Shown here one piece after another: positions 48,092 through 57,992 of a stretch of 64,000 nt of DNA. This stretch comes from Candidatus Pacearchaeota archaeon CG_4_10_14_0_2_um_filter_35_33 (GTDB taxonomy: Archaea; Nanobdellota; Nanobdellia; Pacearchaeales; GW2011-AR1), in contig PFOR01000012.1 of the NCBI GenBank assembly GCA_002792635.1, positions 24,475 to 88,474 on the forward strand. The letters are read 5' to 3'. The notes beneath the pieces were generated by a model, which was not told the DNA's origin, searched no databases, and saw nothing but the letters and a program-made list of their open reading frames with translations. The position numbers were made by a program, and so were the translations under genes. Within the stretch, counting starts at the first letter, position 1. The number at the start of each line of letters is the position of its first letter.

Positions 48092-49069
48092 CTAATTTAA
48101 TTTACTAAGGACTTCTGAAACAGATATGCTGTTTACAAGCTCTTCTGAATATTGGTCACTTTTTTCTGGGAAATAGTCATAAAGCATCGGAGAAACTACT
48201 TTTTTTAAAATCCCATAGCCTTCTATTTCGTCTGGAGAAGTTACGAAAAAAAGACAAATAGTTGGCTTTTCAAAAGAAAGGGCTATGTGAAGTGCAAAGG
48301 AATCTGAGCAAACAATGGTTGATGGAAGACTAATAAGGGAGAAAAACTCTCTGTCTGTGTTATTTGGATTATTTTTGTACATCCTTATTCCTTCGGATTT
48401 CAATTCCCCTACAAGTTTTTTATGAGTGTCTATTTCGTCAGGCCCACCAAAAAGAAGCACATTTTTTCCAATCTTATTTAATTCTATTATAAGATTTTTT
48501 ATTTTGTTCGGGGCCCAGGCCTTTGAAGGCCATCTCTTTCCAGAGCCCATGTGTATTCCTACTAAATCCTCGGGATTTAAATTGTTGTCTTGTAAAAATT
48601 TCTGAGCATAAGACTTTTCATTTTCTGTTAGATATATCCTGGGTTTTTGCTTCTTAAATTCTAATTCTGCCAAGGAAAACATCATTTCCTGATAAGTCTT
48701 TTTATTTTCTCTTTTTAAATCATCATCGAATAAAGTGTTAAGATAATACTCGGCACCTTGGTTGAATGAAATAGGGTAACCAAATTCTTCTGAGAAACCA
48801 AGTTTCTTTTCTGCTGAAACCTGTTTCGCTACATCCGTTGCTTCTTTTTCTATGTCAAAATTGTACAAAATGTCAAACTTTTTCTCAGTAGAAAATGGAG
48901 GTGTTTTTATAGAATCGATTAAAGGATGGTTTTCAAGAATCTTAGAGGAAGAATTTTTGGTAACCCATGTGATTTTTGAATTGGGGAATTTTTCCTTTAT
49001 TGCAGGTAATACTGATAATGTTCTTACTACATCTCCCTTGGCTCCAAGCTTGATTATTAATATTTCCAT
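48092..49069 (-). CDS. GT9 family glycosyltransferase (ADP-heptose:LPS heptosyltransferase-like)
   Basis: N-terminal ILIIKLGAKGDVVRTLSVLPAIKEKFPNSKITWVT is the GT9 (RfaF/WaaC) signature. Confidence 0.65.
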   Translation of the reverse strand: MEILIIKLGAKGDVVRTLSVLPAIKEKFPNSKITWVTKNSSSKILENHPLIDSIKTPPFSTEKKFDILYNFDIEKEATDVAKQVSAEKKLGFSEEFGYPISFNQGAEYYLNTLFDDDLKRENKKTYQEMMFSLAELEFKKQKPRIYLTENEKSYAQKFLQDNNLNPEDLVGIHMGSGKRWPSKAWAPNKIKNLIIELNKIGKNVLLFGGPDEIDTHKKLVGELKSEGIRMYKNNPNNTDREFFSLISLPSTIVCSDSFALHIALSFEKPTICLFFVTSPDEIEGYGILKKVVSPMLYDYFPEKSDQYSEELVNSISVSEVLSKLN

Positions 49070-49125
49070 GCATTTCGAAAAGGGAAGGATTTTTTAAAGG
49101 TTATTGATGTTTAATCTAGGATAAA

Positions 49126-49530
49126 ATGAAAGCCTATATTGCTGGGAAACTTGGAACTGAAAGTGAAAAAAAGTTACTTGTGGATGTAGATAAGTTATGC
49201 AAGAGTCTGGGGGTTAAAACCTTTCTACCCCATAGGGATGTTGGTCTTGCGGAATCAATTGAGGATGTAGATAGAATTTTCAGAGGAGATATAGAGGAGG
49301 GGTTTAAGGGAGTGGGTTTAGTGATTGCCGTGTTAGATGGGCTTCACGTGGGAGCTGGAACTTCATGGGAGTTAGGTTATGCATATGCAAAGAAAATTCC
49401 TGCTATTGGGCTAAAAACCGATGAATCTCCCGAAGATGCTTTAGAATATCTTAGTTCAATTTTAATTGCTTCCATGACCATAGTTAATGACCTTGATAAA
49501 TTGAAAGAAGAAATTAAAAAACTAATCTAA
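49126..49530 (+). CDS. nucleoside 2-deoxyribosyltransferase-like protein (PF05014-type; Rcl/DNPH1-like)
   Basis: 134 aa. MKAYIAGKLG… and …GLHVGAGTSWELGYAYAKKIPAIGL match the NDT-family Rossmann-like core. Confidence 0.55.
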   Translation: MKAYIAGKLGTESEKKLLVDVDKLCKSLGVKTFLPHRDVGLAESIEDVDRIFRGDIEEGFKGVGLVIAVLDGLHVGAGTSWELGYAYAKKIPAIGLKTDESPEDALEYLSSILIASMTIVNDLDKLKEEIKKLI

Positions 49531-50427
49531 TGGTTTTGTTGATTGAATTTCATTTTCTCTCCACCCATCCGAATAACTTGCTTTTTTCATTTCAATAAAT
49601 GCTTTGATGTAAATGTATAATCTTGCAGGATATAATTGGATAGTGTGGTAAATTTCCCTTAAATTTGAAGGGTAAACCATTGCAAAGAACATCCCTTCTT
49701 TAATTTCGTTGAATAAGGATTTTGTTCTTGGCATATCGGGTGCGATTTTATTAAGATTCTCATGGGCTTTTACATTTCTTACTTTTTGATTCAACCAATC
49801 TTTCCAATTTGAAGGGTTTTTTACATAAACTTCTGCTCTATCGGCATATGCTATTTGATATCCCTTTTTCCAGAAAAGAAAGGGGATTATGCTATCTTCG
49901 GATGTTTTTGATGGGAAGCTTGTGATTACCCCATTCCTTATTGCAAAAAGATATCCGGAGCATTCAAAGAAGCTTTTTTTTCTTGCCAGATTTCTTCTTG
50001 CTTTATCTATCCCTGCGAAAGCTATTTTACTCCATAAGCCATACTTAGTTTTTCTTGAGTCTATTGAAATAGGTCTTCCAGTTACACACCCTACTTTAGG
50101 ATCTTTAAATTTCTCCAAAATTTCAAGGACTGCATTTTTTGAGACATAAACATCTCCATCGGTTAAAACAATGATATCGTTCTTATTCTTGGAATAAATT
50201 TGCTCAAATAGGATATTCAAGGCGTAACCTTTTCCATCTCCAGGGTCTAGAAAGAAAGACACTTTTTTGCTCCTTATTCGCTTTTTTACATAATCCCATA
50301 CTTCTGGAAAAGGGTCGACTAGAATAATTTTGAATTTTTCTTTTAAATTTTCTTGCTCCAATAATCTATTTATTGCTCGAACTGTTGATTTTGGTTCTTT
50401 ATATGAGGTTATTACAATATGGATCAT
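49522..50427 (-). CDS. GT2 glycosyltransferase
   Basis: HIVITSYKE…, DGD motif (LTDGDVYV). Confidence 0.65.
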   Translation of the reverse strand: MIHIVITSYKEPKSTVRAINRLLEQENLKEKFKIILVDPFPEVWDYVKKRIRSKKVSFFLDPGDGKGYALNILFEQIYSKNKNDIIVLTDGDVYVSKNAVLEILEKFKDPKVGCVTGRPISIDSRKTKYGLWSKIAFAGIDKARRNLARKKSFFECSGYLFAIRNGVITSFPSKTSEDSIIPFLFWKKGYQIAYADRAEVYVKNPSNWKDWLNQKVRNVKAHENLNKIAPDMPRTKSLFNEIKEGMFFAMVYPSNLREIYHTIQLYPARLYIYIKAFIEMKKASYSDGWRENEIQSTKPLD

Positions 50428-50618
50428 TCTACTTCAAAAGGATAATCTTCCGGCCTAATGAGGACCGTTTTTTCACCCCTCTGATTGGTTAACTCTAGCC
50501 TACACTTCCTTTTGCCTTGTTTTCCAATCTCTGAAAACTCTATGTTCTGTATCTTCAGTTTTTGACCTGCTAGATTCACTATCTGGCCTACTTTTAGGTC
50601 TTTTGCCATCTTTTTCAT
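50424..50618 (-). CDS. hypothetical small protein
   Basis: 64 aa. Start overlaps the stop of the downstream GT2. Confidence 0.3.
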   Translation of the reverse strand: MKKMAKDLKVGQIVNLAGQKLKIQNIEFSEIGKQGKRKCRLELTNQRGEKTVLIRPEDYPFEVE

Positions 50619-50668
50619 GAGGGGGGAGATAAAAGCAAACTTATAAAGGTTATTAATCTGGAAAAAAT

Positions 50669-51361
50669 ATGAAAAATGCCATAGTTCTTTGTTCAGGGGG
50701 GTTAGATAGTGTGGTTACAGCCCATTATGTCAAATCTTTAGGCTATTGCAATATTAAGGTGCTTTTTTTCGATTATGGTCAAAAAAATATTAAGGGTGAA
50801 TTGAAATGCTCAAAAATTTGTTCTGATTTAATTGGGGCAGATTTTGTTAAGATTAGACTTAAGGAGCTCGGGGAAATTTCTGATTCCTTAATTAATAAAG
50901 GTGGAAAATTCAAAATGCTTGGTAGGAAAGATTTAAAAGACACATCTAAGGAAAGTGAGAAATGGTATGTCCCTTGTAGAAATCTGATCTTTTTATCCTA
51001 TGCCCTTGCGTTGGCAGATAGTGAACTAATGAAGAAAACTAAATATGATGTTTTTGTTGGATTTAAGAATGAAGGAAAAGAAAGTTATCCTGATACAACA
51101 GATGAGTTTGTAAAGCAAGTTAACTTGATAGGTGAGAAATCCTGTTCTGGGAAAATTAATGTCCTCGCACCATTAATAAAAAAAGATAAAGAGGACATTA
51201 TTAAACTTGGGGAAAAAATAGGTGTTGATTTTAGAGATACATTTAGTTGTTATACTAGTATAGATGACTTGCATTGTGGTTCTTGTCTAGCTTGCATGTT
51301 GAGAAAAGAAGGCTTTTATTGGGCTAATGTGAAAGATGAAACAAAATATTTAGCTAATTAA
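50669..51361 (+). CDS. queC: 7-cyano-7-deazaguanine synthase QueC
   Basis: PP-loop ATPase motif SGGLDS, then …VPCRNLIFLSYALALAD… and C-terminal zinc Cys cluster CGSCLAC. Confidence 0.8.
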   Translation: MKNAIVLCSGGLDSVVTAHYVKSLGYCNIKVLFFDYGQKNIKGELKCSKICSDLIGADFVKIRLKELGEISDSLINKGGKFKMLGRKDLKDTSKESEKWYVPCRNLIFLSYALALADSELMKKTKYDVFVGFKNEGKESYPDTTDEFVKQVNLIGEKSCSGKINVLAPLIKKDKEDIIKLGEKIGVDFRDTFSCYTSIDDLHCGSCLACMLRKEGFYWANVKDETKYLAN

Positions 51362-52480
51362 TCTGACAATGGTTTTTGCTACCTTGTTCCATTCAAATCT
51401 TTCCACAGATTTTTTAGCATTTTGTCTTAATCTTTGATTTTTAGACCGGATTGCGAGATTTAACTTTGAGGATAGACTTTTTGCATCTCCTGTTTTGAAG
51501 AGAAATCCGTTTTTACCATCTTCGATTATTTCTGTTGAACCATGAGTATTTGAAGCAATAACTATCTTCCCCCTAGACATGGCTTCTATAAGTGACTGGG
51601 GCATCCCTTCTCTCTTTGATGGTAAGACAAATATTCTAGCGGAGTCTAATTTCTTTATCTTTTTCTTCGTGTCGTAAATAGGTTCCGAGAATGAGACTCT
51701 TTTATCGAGATTATTTTTAGATATTAATTCCTTAAGAAAAGTTAAATATTCTTTTTCTGCTGGTCCTACAATCTCTAGTTTTATTTTCTCATTTTTGATT
51801 AAAGACATTGCTCTTATTAGGGTTTGAAGGGATTTTAATGGGGAAACTCTTCCCAAGAAAAGAATTTTATTTTGTTCTCTTGCCTTCTTTTGTTTGAAGA
51901 ATTCTTTAGGTATTCCGTTAGGGATATAGGCTATTTTGTTTTTATCGAGTCCTAATTTTCTCAGAAAACTTTCTTCCCATCTTGTTATTGTTATTATTTT
52001 GTTAAACTTGTTTAATACCTTAGGGGCGATTAGCGAGTCATATAATTTTACCAATACTGAGGCCATATTGCCCCTAGTTATATTATCGTGAGAAAAGGGG
52101 GCATGGGTAACTAAGAATACTCTTGAGCCTGTAATTTTTGAATATTTTATGGCTAAATTTGTATGTGGGTGCCTATATGAATGAGCCATTACTATGTCTG
52201 GCTTATATTCCAGAAAATCCTTTTTGAAATTCCAGTACATGAAACTTTCGCCCCCGAGTTTCTTGAAAGGAAATCTATGAATCTCAATAAGCCCTATTCT
52301 TTCAGAAGGTTTTGCAATTTTGTTTGACCCCTTCACTGCATTAGACGAGAATACCTTAACTTTAAATTTCTTAGACAGTTCCTTAGATTCTCCTAGGACT
52401 CTAGTCCAAACTCCGCAAACTCCTGCAGTATAATTGGTTAATTCAAGTACTTTTAGCCTTTTTACCATGAAAAATAGCAA
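51350..52480 (-). CDS. GT4 glycosyltransferase
   Basis: GT-B fold with C-terminal EX7E-type motif (…SKREGMPQSLIEAMSRGKIVIAS…). Confidence 0.75.
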   Translation of the reverse strand: MLFFMVKRLKVLELTNYTAGVCGVWTRVLGESKELSKKFKVKVFSSNAVKGSNKIAKPSERIGLIEIHRFPFKKLGGESFMYWNFKKDFLEYKPDIVMAHSYRHPHTNLAIKYSKITGSRVFLVTHAPFSHDNITRGNMASVLVKLYDSLIAPKVLNKFNKIITITRWEESFLRKLGLDKNKIAYIPNGIPKEFFKQKKAREQNKILFLGRVSPLKSLQTLIRAMSLIKNEKIKLEIVGPAEKEYLTFLKELISKNNLDKRVSFSEPIYDTKKKIKKLDSARIFVLPSKREGMPQSLIEAMSRGKIVIASNTHGSTEIIEDGKNGFLFKTGDAKSLSSKLNLAIRSKNQRLRQNAKKSVERFEWNKVAKTIVRLIS

Positions 52481-52497
52481 TAAATGTGGTTAAAAAC

Positions 52498-53364
52498 CTA
52501 TCTAAAGTTCTCATCTTTAATCAGTCTTGCAGACAACCCTTTTATTGTTCCTGCTACTCTTATGCAAGAAAATGCAAACAAAATGCCAATATCCTTTGGG
52601 GAGCTTGGCTTAAATTTACCTTTTGTCAACTTTTTTAGGAAAACTAAGAAAGACAATGGAATGAATCCAATCACTGCACAAGATAATATCGGAATAGTTA
52701 GTAATTTTTTATCTAGGATGGGGTAATGAACGGATAATGATGCACCAATCCATTTGCTCTGCTTAAATATCTCTTTAAGGCTGGCAGGATTTTTGTGATA
52801 ACAAAAAGCTCCTTTTGCAACATCGGATTTAATACCATGTTTTATTAAAAAAGTCAAATCGTCCGCATAACCATATTTTGAATCGAATCCGCCCATTTCT
52901 TCAAACTTTTTCTTTAATATTGCCCTAAATACTATTCCCTTATTTCCCTTAAACCTATTTTCTGCAGTGTATGCACCCCAACACCTACTCCAAACACTAT
53001 TAAGATTTGAAGCTTTTTGATATTGTTCTTCTGTTCCAAAAGATTTTCCCTCTAATATGGGCTTTGTTAAATTTTTTAGATAATCTTTATCAAAAGTCAT
53101 ATCTGCGTCGACAAAAATCAAAATTTTTCCTTTTGCCTTATTTGCCCCTAAATTTCTTGAGAATCCTGGCCCTTTATGTTCCCCTTTAATCAGTTTTACT
53201 TTCTTAAAAGATTTAACAATTTCCTTTGTTCTATCTATGGAGCCATCATCCACTATTATGATTTCTATGTTTTTGTAAGATTGGTTACGAAGACTTTCTA
53301 TACATTCTCCGATATCTTTTTCTTCATTATATGTTGGAATTATTACAGATAACTTAGTTTTCAT
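52498..53364 (-). CDS. GT2 glycosyltransferase
   Basis: LSVIIPTYNEEKDI…IIVDDGSIDRT… plus a DAD motif. Confidence 0.75.
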   Translation of the reverse strand: MKTKLSVIIPTYNEEKDIGECIESLRNQSYKNIEIIIVDDGSIDRTKEIVKSFKKVKLIKGEHKGPGFSRNLGANKAKGKILIFVDADMTFDKDYLKNLTKPILEGKSFGTEEQYQKASNLNSVWSRCWGAYTAENRFKGNKGIVFRAILKKKFEEMGGFDSKYGYADDLTFLIKHGIKSDVAKGAFCYHKNPASLKEIFKQSKWIGASLSVHYPILDKKLLTIPILSCAVIGFIPLSFLVFLKKLTKGKFKPSSPKDIGILFAFSCIRVAGTIKGLSARLIKDENFR

Positions 53365-54092
53365 GATAAGCTCATCAAATAATCAATTTTATTTAGAAGG
53401 TTTTTATGGGGGAATTTTCTATCTATCTTGCTATTCTTTAATTCAATAAAATCCCATGAATGGGCATAAAATATTGGTTTTTTATAAAATATATTAAGAA
53501 TTCTTAGATATAATTTTATGAGTGGTTTTGGAAGAACTCTCATTGTTAATGAAACAAAAGGTATTAGCAGAGATGGGCAAGGTTTTTCCCGTAAATTTGA
53601 CCTTATTTTGTATTCGTTAAGAGGGGAAAAGAAACCTCTTATATTCAGGACTATTTTTTGGGGAAAAAATAAAAATTGGAATAGGTTTAACGGTGTATAA
53701 GAAGAATCATATTTAAATCCATATTTGTTTAATAAATCAAGGGTTCTTTTATCTATACTATGCTGGGGGGCCCTGAATCCCTCCAGTTTGAAACTGAATT
53801 TGGAATAAAGTTTGACTATTTTCTGGATTTCTTTCTCTTTTTCTGCATTAGAGAGATCGTCAAAACGCTTATGTGTGTAACCATGAGATGAAATTTCCCA
53901 ACCCTTTTTATATAATCTTTTAAATATTTTTGAAAACTTTTCTAATACTTCTCCTGTCACAAATAAAACGGGGCGTATATTATTTTTATCACATATATTT
54001 TCAAAATTCTTTAAACCTATCAAAACTCCATTGAAAGAGTCTTGGTTAATATCTTTTTCAACATCGACACTGAAAATTATTTTATTTGGCAT
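53361..54092 (-). CDS. polysaccharide deacetylase (CE4 family)
   Basis: NodB-type motifs (…FSVDVE…, …EISSHGYTH…). Confidence 0.65.
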   Translation of the reverse strand: MPNKIIFSVDVEKDINQDSFNGVLIGLKNFENICDKNNIRPVLFVTGEVLEKFSKIFKRLYKKGWEISSHGYTHKRFDDLSNAEKEKEIQKIVKLYSKFSFKLEGFRAPQHSIDKRTLDLLNKYGFKYDSSYTPLNLFQFLFFPQKIVLNIRGFFSPLNEYKIRSNLREKPCPSLLIPFVSLTMRVLPKPLIKLYLRILNIFYKKPIFYAHSWDFIELKNSKIDRKFPHKNLLNKIDYLMSLS

Positions 54093-54765
54093 CTGAAATT
54101 TTTTCTGCTACTAAATATATGAAGAAACCGAAATGCTGTCTGCTAAATTTATGAAAAAAATTATCCATGTGATTAAAAATATTCGCCGGGTCCTTGTGAG
54201 GCATGGTCCAGTATGCCTTAAGCTTGAATCCTGCTTTATTCAAGATTGAAATTATTTCGCTTTTTGTAAAACTCTTTTCATATCCTAAATCCCAGGTTCC
54301 AAGCCTCATCTTAATATTTTTAGTTATATGAAAAAATGAATATTTATTAGGTACTGTAATGAATGCTAGTCCTCCTTTTTTCATTATTCTATTTAATTCC
54401 TTGAAGACTGAATAGGATCTGGGAGTATGCTCAAAAACTCCGAGTGAGAACACTTTAGTAAAATAATCATCCGGATAGGTTGTAGACTCCATGTCTGCTA
54501 CGCTTAATTTTATCCTTTTGTCTTTGTTTAGCTTCACGGCTACAGGCGATATGTCTATTCCAAAGCATTCAGCGCCTGTTTTGTTTGTTATATCGATTAA
54601 GTGGGCTCCGACTGCACATCCTATATCGAAGACTATATCCTTTTTTTGTATATTCAATGCTTTTATTATGAAATCAGCGTTTCCTCCATATTTTCCGTAG
54701 AAATATCCATCTGATTTAACCCTATCATCCCAATATTTCTTCCACTCGTTTTTTAGTTCTTTCAT
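54082..54765 (-). CDS. class I SAM-dependent methyltransferase
   Basis: Motif I VFDIGCAVGAH, plus motifs II/III. Confidence 0.7.
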   Translation of the reverse strand: MKELKNEWKKYWDDRVKSDGYFYGKYGGNADFIIKALNIQKKDIVFDIGCAVGAHLIDITNKTGAECFGIDISPVAVKLNKDKRIKLSVADMESTTYPDDYFTKVFSLGVFEHTPRSYSVFKELNRIMKKGGLAFITVPNKYSFFHITKNIKMRLGTWDLGYEKSFTKSEIISILNKAGFKLKAYWTMPHKDPANIFNHMDNFFHKFSRQHFGFFIYLVAEKISDAK

Positions 54766-55835
54766 TTTACCCTTTTGTCAGATAGGAAAGTATTATAAAG
54801 ATTTTGGACTTCTAGTGCTATCTTGCTCCATTCATATTTTTTAGCTGTCTTTTTCCCATTTCTCCCGATTTGGTTGGCTTTTTTAGGGGATTTTGCCATG
54901 GCAATTAATGCTTTTTCTAGGGATTCGACTGAGCTTGGTTTAACCAATACTATGTTTGTATTATCTTTGAATATTTTCCTCATTCCAGGTAAATCTGAAG
55001 CTATCACTGGTCTTCCAGAGCCCAGTCCTTCTAAGAGGGCAGGCCAAGGCAAGGCCTCCCAAATTGACGGAAAGACTAAGAGATATGATGAAGAAGCTTC
55101 TTTAAACAAGATTCTCCTATCGGAGACAAAACCCTTCCAGATTATTTTATCTGATTTGTATTTAGTTTTCAATTCATGATAAAGGTTGCCTTCCTTTTTT
55201 CCAATAATTTGAAGATTATAGCCGGGATATTTTTTTGAAAACGTTTGGAATGCCTTAAGTAAATTGCTTGTGCCTTTTTGCTTATGAATTCTCCCGATAA
55301 AGGTGATTTTCTTTTGAACTTTCAAGGGTTTTATTTTTGAATAGAATTCTAAATCTACACCATTTGGTATGTATTTGATATTCTCAATCTCTTTTTTTAA
55401 GTTATCAACATCTGCGACACTTACGGAGATTATTTTGTTCGCACGGGATAGACAATATCTAAATGCCGGCCAAATTAATTTATTGTCAAAAAATCTAAAG
55501 CCTGAAATTCCGTGAACTGTGATTATAACTTTGTAACGTAATTTTAAAATTGGAGTTAGAAAATATAAAAGATTTTCGTGTATGTGTATTAAATCATATT
55601 TTTTTACGGGCGTAATTAATAGAACAATAGAATAAACAAAAGAAGTTAGCAAGAATAAGATATTTCTAAAAAAATTATTTTTCTTGTATATTGGGACTGT
55701 TACCTTATTTTGGCATATTGAATTTTTTTGTGTAAACACAAAAGATTCTGGAATCCTTGAACTTATCTCGTATATGTGTCTTTCACTTCCCCCTTCTACG
55801 GGGGGTGTTAATCCCATCATTAAAATTTTCTTCAT
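54762..55835 (-). CDS. GT4 glycosyltransferase
   Basis: GT-B C-terminal domain with …FPSIWEALPWPALLEGLGSGRPVIASD…. Confidence 0.75.
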   Translation of the reverse strand: MKKILMMGLTPPVEGGSERHIYEISSRIPESFVFTQKNSICQNKVTVPIYKKNNFFRNILFLLTSFVYSIVLLITPVKKYDLIHIHENLLYFLTPILKLRYKVIITVHGISGFRFFDNKLIWPAFRYCLSRANKIISVSVADVDNLKKEIENIKYIPNGVDLEFYSKIKPLKVQKKITFIGRIHKQKGTSNLLKAFQTFSKKYPGYNLQIIGKKEGNLYHELKTKYKSDKIIWKGFVSDRRILFKEASSSYLLVFPSIWEALPWPALLEGLGSGRPVIASDLPGMRKIFKDNTNIVLVKPSSVESLEKALIAMAKSPKKANQIGRNGKKTAKKYEWSKIALEVQNLYNTFLSDKRVK

Positions 55836-55836
55836 T

Positions 55837-56805
55837 TTATTTTTTCCTAAAATACATATCTTTAAAGAATGCTGATTTGTCCAAAAGACCCCTTAAGAAA
55901 CTGTATTTCAAACCTGTTGAATAGATATATTGAGGTTTTATCTCTGCACCGAACCTTCCCTTGAATTTATTGATGTTGTAAAGTTTATCTCCTTCAGTTG
56001 CTCGAGTATCGTATCCGCCAAAATCGAAATATTTCAGGTTTTGTGATTTAGCATATAAGATTAGATTCCAATAAAGGTATGGCATCGCCTGTTTCTTTTG
56101 CCCTTCTGCTGATGATGCTGTTAAGTTAAGTATTGCGTATTTATTATTTTTGTCTAACAAAATTAACCCTCCTCCAAGAATAATATTATTTGATTTTATT
56201 AGGAATAAATTCCCTATTCCCGATTTTGTAATTTCCTTAATAAATCCTATTTTTTCTGGGGAAAATCTTCCTTGTTTCACGGTTTCTTTATAGATATTAT
56301 AAAAATCAGATATTTCTTTTTCGTTTGAAGCCGGGACAAACCCGAGTTTATTTTTTTCTGCTGTTTTAACTCCCCATCTAGAAGATTTCTTTTCAAGACC
56401 TTTCCATAACTCTTCTTCTGAGGTGGATAAATTTAAGATTAAGGTATGGTTTGTAACTTTTTTGTATCTTTCCTCTTCCAGTTTTTTATTTAGAGGAAAC
56501 AAGACTAGTGGATAATTTATCCCATAGAAAAAATTCTTGGAAACTTTTTTGAATTTTTTTAATATCTCATTATAGCCTTCCTCTGTTAAAGATAATGGGT
56601 TTCCCTCTGAAAATAAAAATTTTACTTTTCCAATGAGTGGGAGATTTTTTGTTCGTTCAAAATACAATAAGCCTGCTTTTAATTGACCAGATTCTTTTAT
56701 TGCGAGGAATCGAGGGGTATCTCCTGAAATTCTTCTAGCTTCTGCCCATGCGGGACTTTGGTAAATGCTACCTTTTGACTTAGTCCAAAGACTTTTCCAT
56801 TGCAT
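55837..56805 (-). CDS. FemAB-like / Acetyltransf_6 (GNAT-fold) family protein
   Basis: ~320 aa. N-terminal …YQSPAWAE… and overall pattern resemble FemAB/BioF2-like GNAT-fold proteins found in bacterial polysaccharide loci. Assignment from memory. Confidence 0.35.
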   Translation of the reverse strand: MQWKSLWTKSKGSIYQSPAWAEARRISGDTPRFLAIKESGQLKAGLLYFERTKNLPLIGKVKFLFSEGNPLSLTEEGYNEILKKFKKVSKNFFYGINYPLVLFPLNKKLEEERYKKVTNHTLILNLSTSEEELWKGLEKKSSRWGVKTAEKNKLGFVPASNEKEISDFYNIYKETVKQGRFSPEKIGFIKEITKSGIGNLFLIKSNNIILGGGLILLDKNNKYAILNLTASSAEGQKKQAMPYLYWNLILYAKSQNLKYFDFGGYDTRATEGDKLYNINKFKGRFGAEIKPQYIYSTGLKYSFLRGLLDKSAFFKDMYFRKK

Positions 56806-56806
56806 T

Positions 56807-57961
56807 TTATCTTGGCCTCCTGAGTGAATTAAATAGTTCTAAATAAGAATTGTAAGTTTTGTCCTCTGAATAATTTTCTAAAATTATTTTCCTAGCCATT
56901 TTAGATTGTTTGTTCCTGTACTTTTTATCTTTTATTAGTTTCCTAAGTTCAGACAATGCTTTTTCTTCAGACATTGTAAAAAAACCATATGGCTCTTTTC
57001 CTATATTTAGTGCAACTACTGGAAGCCCGCAGGCTGCTGCTTCCGTTGTAGACCTGGATACATTAGTTTGTTGTTCAACTTGTAAAAATATATCCATCTT
57101 ATTTAGATAATCTGGAAGCTCTGTATTTTTTATCTGACCAACCCATTTAGCGTTTTTGATGTTGAGTTTGTCTTTCAATTTATTAAAATAGTCCTTGTCT
57201 AATGAGGGGTCTAGAGGACCAACCCAGTGGAATTCTGTCTTTTGATTCTTGGACGCTTGATTAAATAAGGAAAGTGCTCTTTCAGGGTATTTTATTGGGG
57301 CAAGCCTTCCAACATAACCTACAACAATTTTCTTATTTTTTCTTTTTCCTGAGGGTTTGAATAAATTGGTCTTAATTCCATGGGGTATTGTTTGTATTTT
57401 TGCTTTGCTGGATTTCTTTTTGTTTAGAAATTGATATTCTGAGGCATTTACAGGAACCATTACGTCAGGAATCTTTAATGTTAAATTGTTATAAATTTTC
57501 ATTAGGCTAATAAAGATGCTAGAACTTAGTCCGGGGCCTTTTTCTTTGTAAATTTCCCTTTTCATTGTCTCATACATTAAAGCTCCCCCCCTACATACAA
57601 TTTTTGTATTTGTTAACTTTAGAGGAAGAGTAGCAAGCAGTTCAGGCTCTCCAACGACTATCACTTCTGCTTTTTCTTTTTTGGCTATTTTAAACAAATA
57701 CCTGCTTGTAATTAGAAGTCTGTAGAGGTAAACGGCTGGATTAAATCTTAGGCCCTTTTTTTGTTTTGGCGTATATCTCACTTTTATTATCCCCTTGTTG
57801 TGTTTAATATCTTCACTATGGCAATCCTCTTCTTCTAGTCTATGGGCTAGGACTATCACTTTATGGCCTTTATTGGCTAGCCAATATGAGATTGTTTTGA
57901 CAAATAAGTCTGTGCCTCCCTTATCATAGTGCCAGGAACCTACTTGGAACATAATATTCAT
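56807..57961 (-). CDS. GT4 glycosyltransferase
   Basis: GT-B fold. …RSTTEAAACGLPVVALNIG… nucleotide-sugar-binding region. Confidence 0.75.
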   Translation of the reverse strand: MNIMFQVGSWHYDKGGTDLFVKTISYWLANKGHKVIVLAHRLEEEDCHSEDIKHNKGIIKVRYTPKQKKGLRFNPAVYLYRLLITSRYLFKIAKKEKAEVIVVGEPELLATLPLKLTNTKIVCRGGALMYETMKREIYKEKGPGLSSSIFISLMKIYNNLTLKIPDVMVPVNASEYQFLNKKKSSKAKIQTIPHGIKTNLFKPSGKRKNKKIVVGYVGRLAPIKYPERALSLFNQASKNQKTEFHWVGPLDPSLDKDYFNKLKDKLNIKNAKWVGQIKNTELPDYLNKMDIFLQVEQQTNVSRSTTEAAACGLPVVALNIGKEPYGFFTMSEEKALSELRKLIKDKKYRNKQSKMARKIILENYSEDKTYNSYLELFNSLRRPR

Positions 57962-57992
57962 AAAAATCCCAATATCAGGGTATTTAAAACGT

